Shown here: piece after piece, positions 33,031 to 33,405 of the stretch
Position numbering within the stretch: the first letter of the stretch is position 1
How the letters are laid out: each line of letters starts with the position of its first letter
NCBI GenBank assembly: GCA_964510375.1
Contig: CAZEBR010000005.1
Coordinates: 5,896 to 39,300, forward strand
Source: Candidatus Hadarchaeota archaeon
GTDB lineage: Archaea; Hadarchaeota; Hadarchaeia; Hadarchaeales; JAGGTB01
Length of the DNA stretch: 33,405 nucleotides
Direction: 5' to 3'
Translations under genes and position numbers: made by a program
Notes under the pieces: generated by a model
What the model was told of the DNA's origin: nothing
Databases searched by the model: none
What the model saw: the letters and a program-made list of their open reading frames with translations, nothing else

Positions 33031-33405
33031 ATGCCGACCGAAAAGTATGCTGCCGTTTTGAACCCCTTTTCAGAGGAAGGGAAGGAGATCGTGGAGGAAT
33101 CGCCTCCTTTCGATTCTCTGCCCGAGAGGATTATAGAGAAGTCGGTCGAAAAAGTCGACGAAACTTCCGGTTCGGATGTGAGGGTCGACTTCGATGAGGA
33201 GGAGGTTAGGGACGAGGTTCTTTCTTTTTATTTGATGTGTCAGGCGATAGCTTCCGTTTCCTATCCGTATTCCAACGAGGTCAGGGCAGTCGTCGAGGCC
33301 ACGAGAAAAAGAATCAGGTACAGGCTGTACGATTTGTTCAGGAGGGGCCACGAGGATTTGTGCCTTGAGGTTATAGGTCGTTCCTTCAGGTATAGGGAAC
33401 TGGAG
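33031..33405 (+). CDS. priL: DNA primase large subunit PriL, N-terminal 125 codons; continues past the right edge
   Basis: Not in the ORF track; translated by hand: MPTEKYAAVLNPFSEEGKEIVEE...DEVLSFYLMCQAIAS...YSNEVRAV. The PFS..K..V and VLSFY patterns match Thermococci/Methanobacteria-type PriL; follows pcn. Confidence 0.8.
   Translation, partial: MPTEKYAAVLNPFSEEGKEIVEESPPFDSLPERIIEKSVEKVDETSGSDVRVDFDEEEVRDEVLSFYLMCQAIASVSYPYSNEVRAVVEATRKRIRYRLYDLFRRGHEDLCLEVIGRSFRYRELE

Noticed and set aside
1..33405. CRISPR arrays, IS elements, proviral, toxin-antitoxin or defence genes, tRNA and rRNA
   Set aside because: No spaced direct repeats, transposase or integrase motifs seen; nearly all sequence is explained by housekeeping CDS and the intergenic gaps are short.

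Overview
A gene-dense archaeal housekeeping region with 34 CDS, two of them cut by the window edges. The acidic proteome and Thermococci/Methanobacteria-like gene order suggest a salt-adapted Hadarchaeota/MSBL1-like lineage (inference only). From left to right: (1) a minus-strand replication operon mcm(+intein)-gins23-cdc6-DP1-HAD phosphatase-DP2, preceded by a 463-bp intergenic region with an ORB-like element and several hairpins (candidate oriC and/or ncRNA); (2) thrB-ACT-hom-thrC-glyA; (3) a tandem double-PHI/SIS isomerase; (4) a de novo pyrimidine cluster (pyrB,I,F,E / pyrC,K / pyrD / pyrG) without carAB; (5) ppsA; (6) dph2-MTase-csl4-(DUF2067-like)-rpoL-RNase III-like-DUF99-signal peptidase-Nudix-tfs-OB fold-pcn-priL. 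I saw no CRISPR array, tRNA, rRNA, transposase or defence system; the only mobile element is the MCM intein. The best leads for something undescribed are the fused PHI-PHI protein with complementary degenerate halves, the NagD-type phosphatase between the two PolD subunit genes, apparent ATA/ATC initiation of ppsA and the methyltransferase, a CTP synthase with an insertion in its signature motif, and the structured element upstream of mcm. All family assignments come from motif recognition, not database searches.
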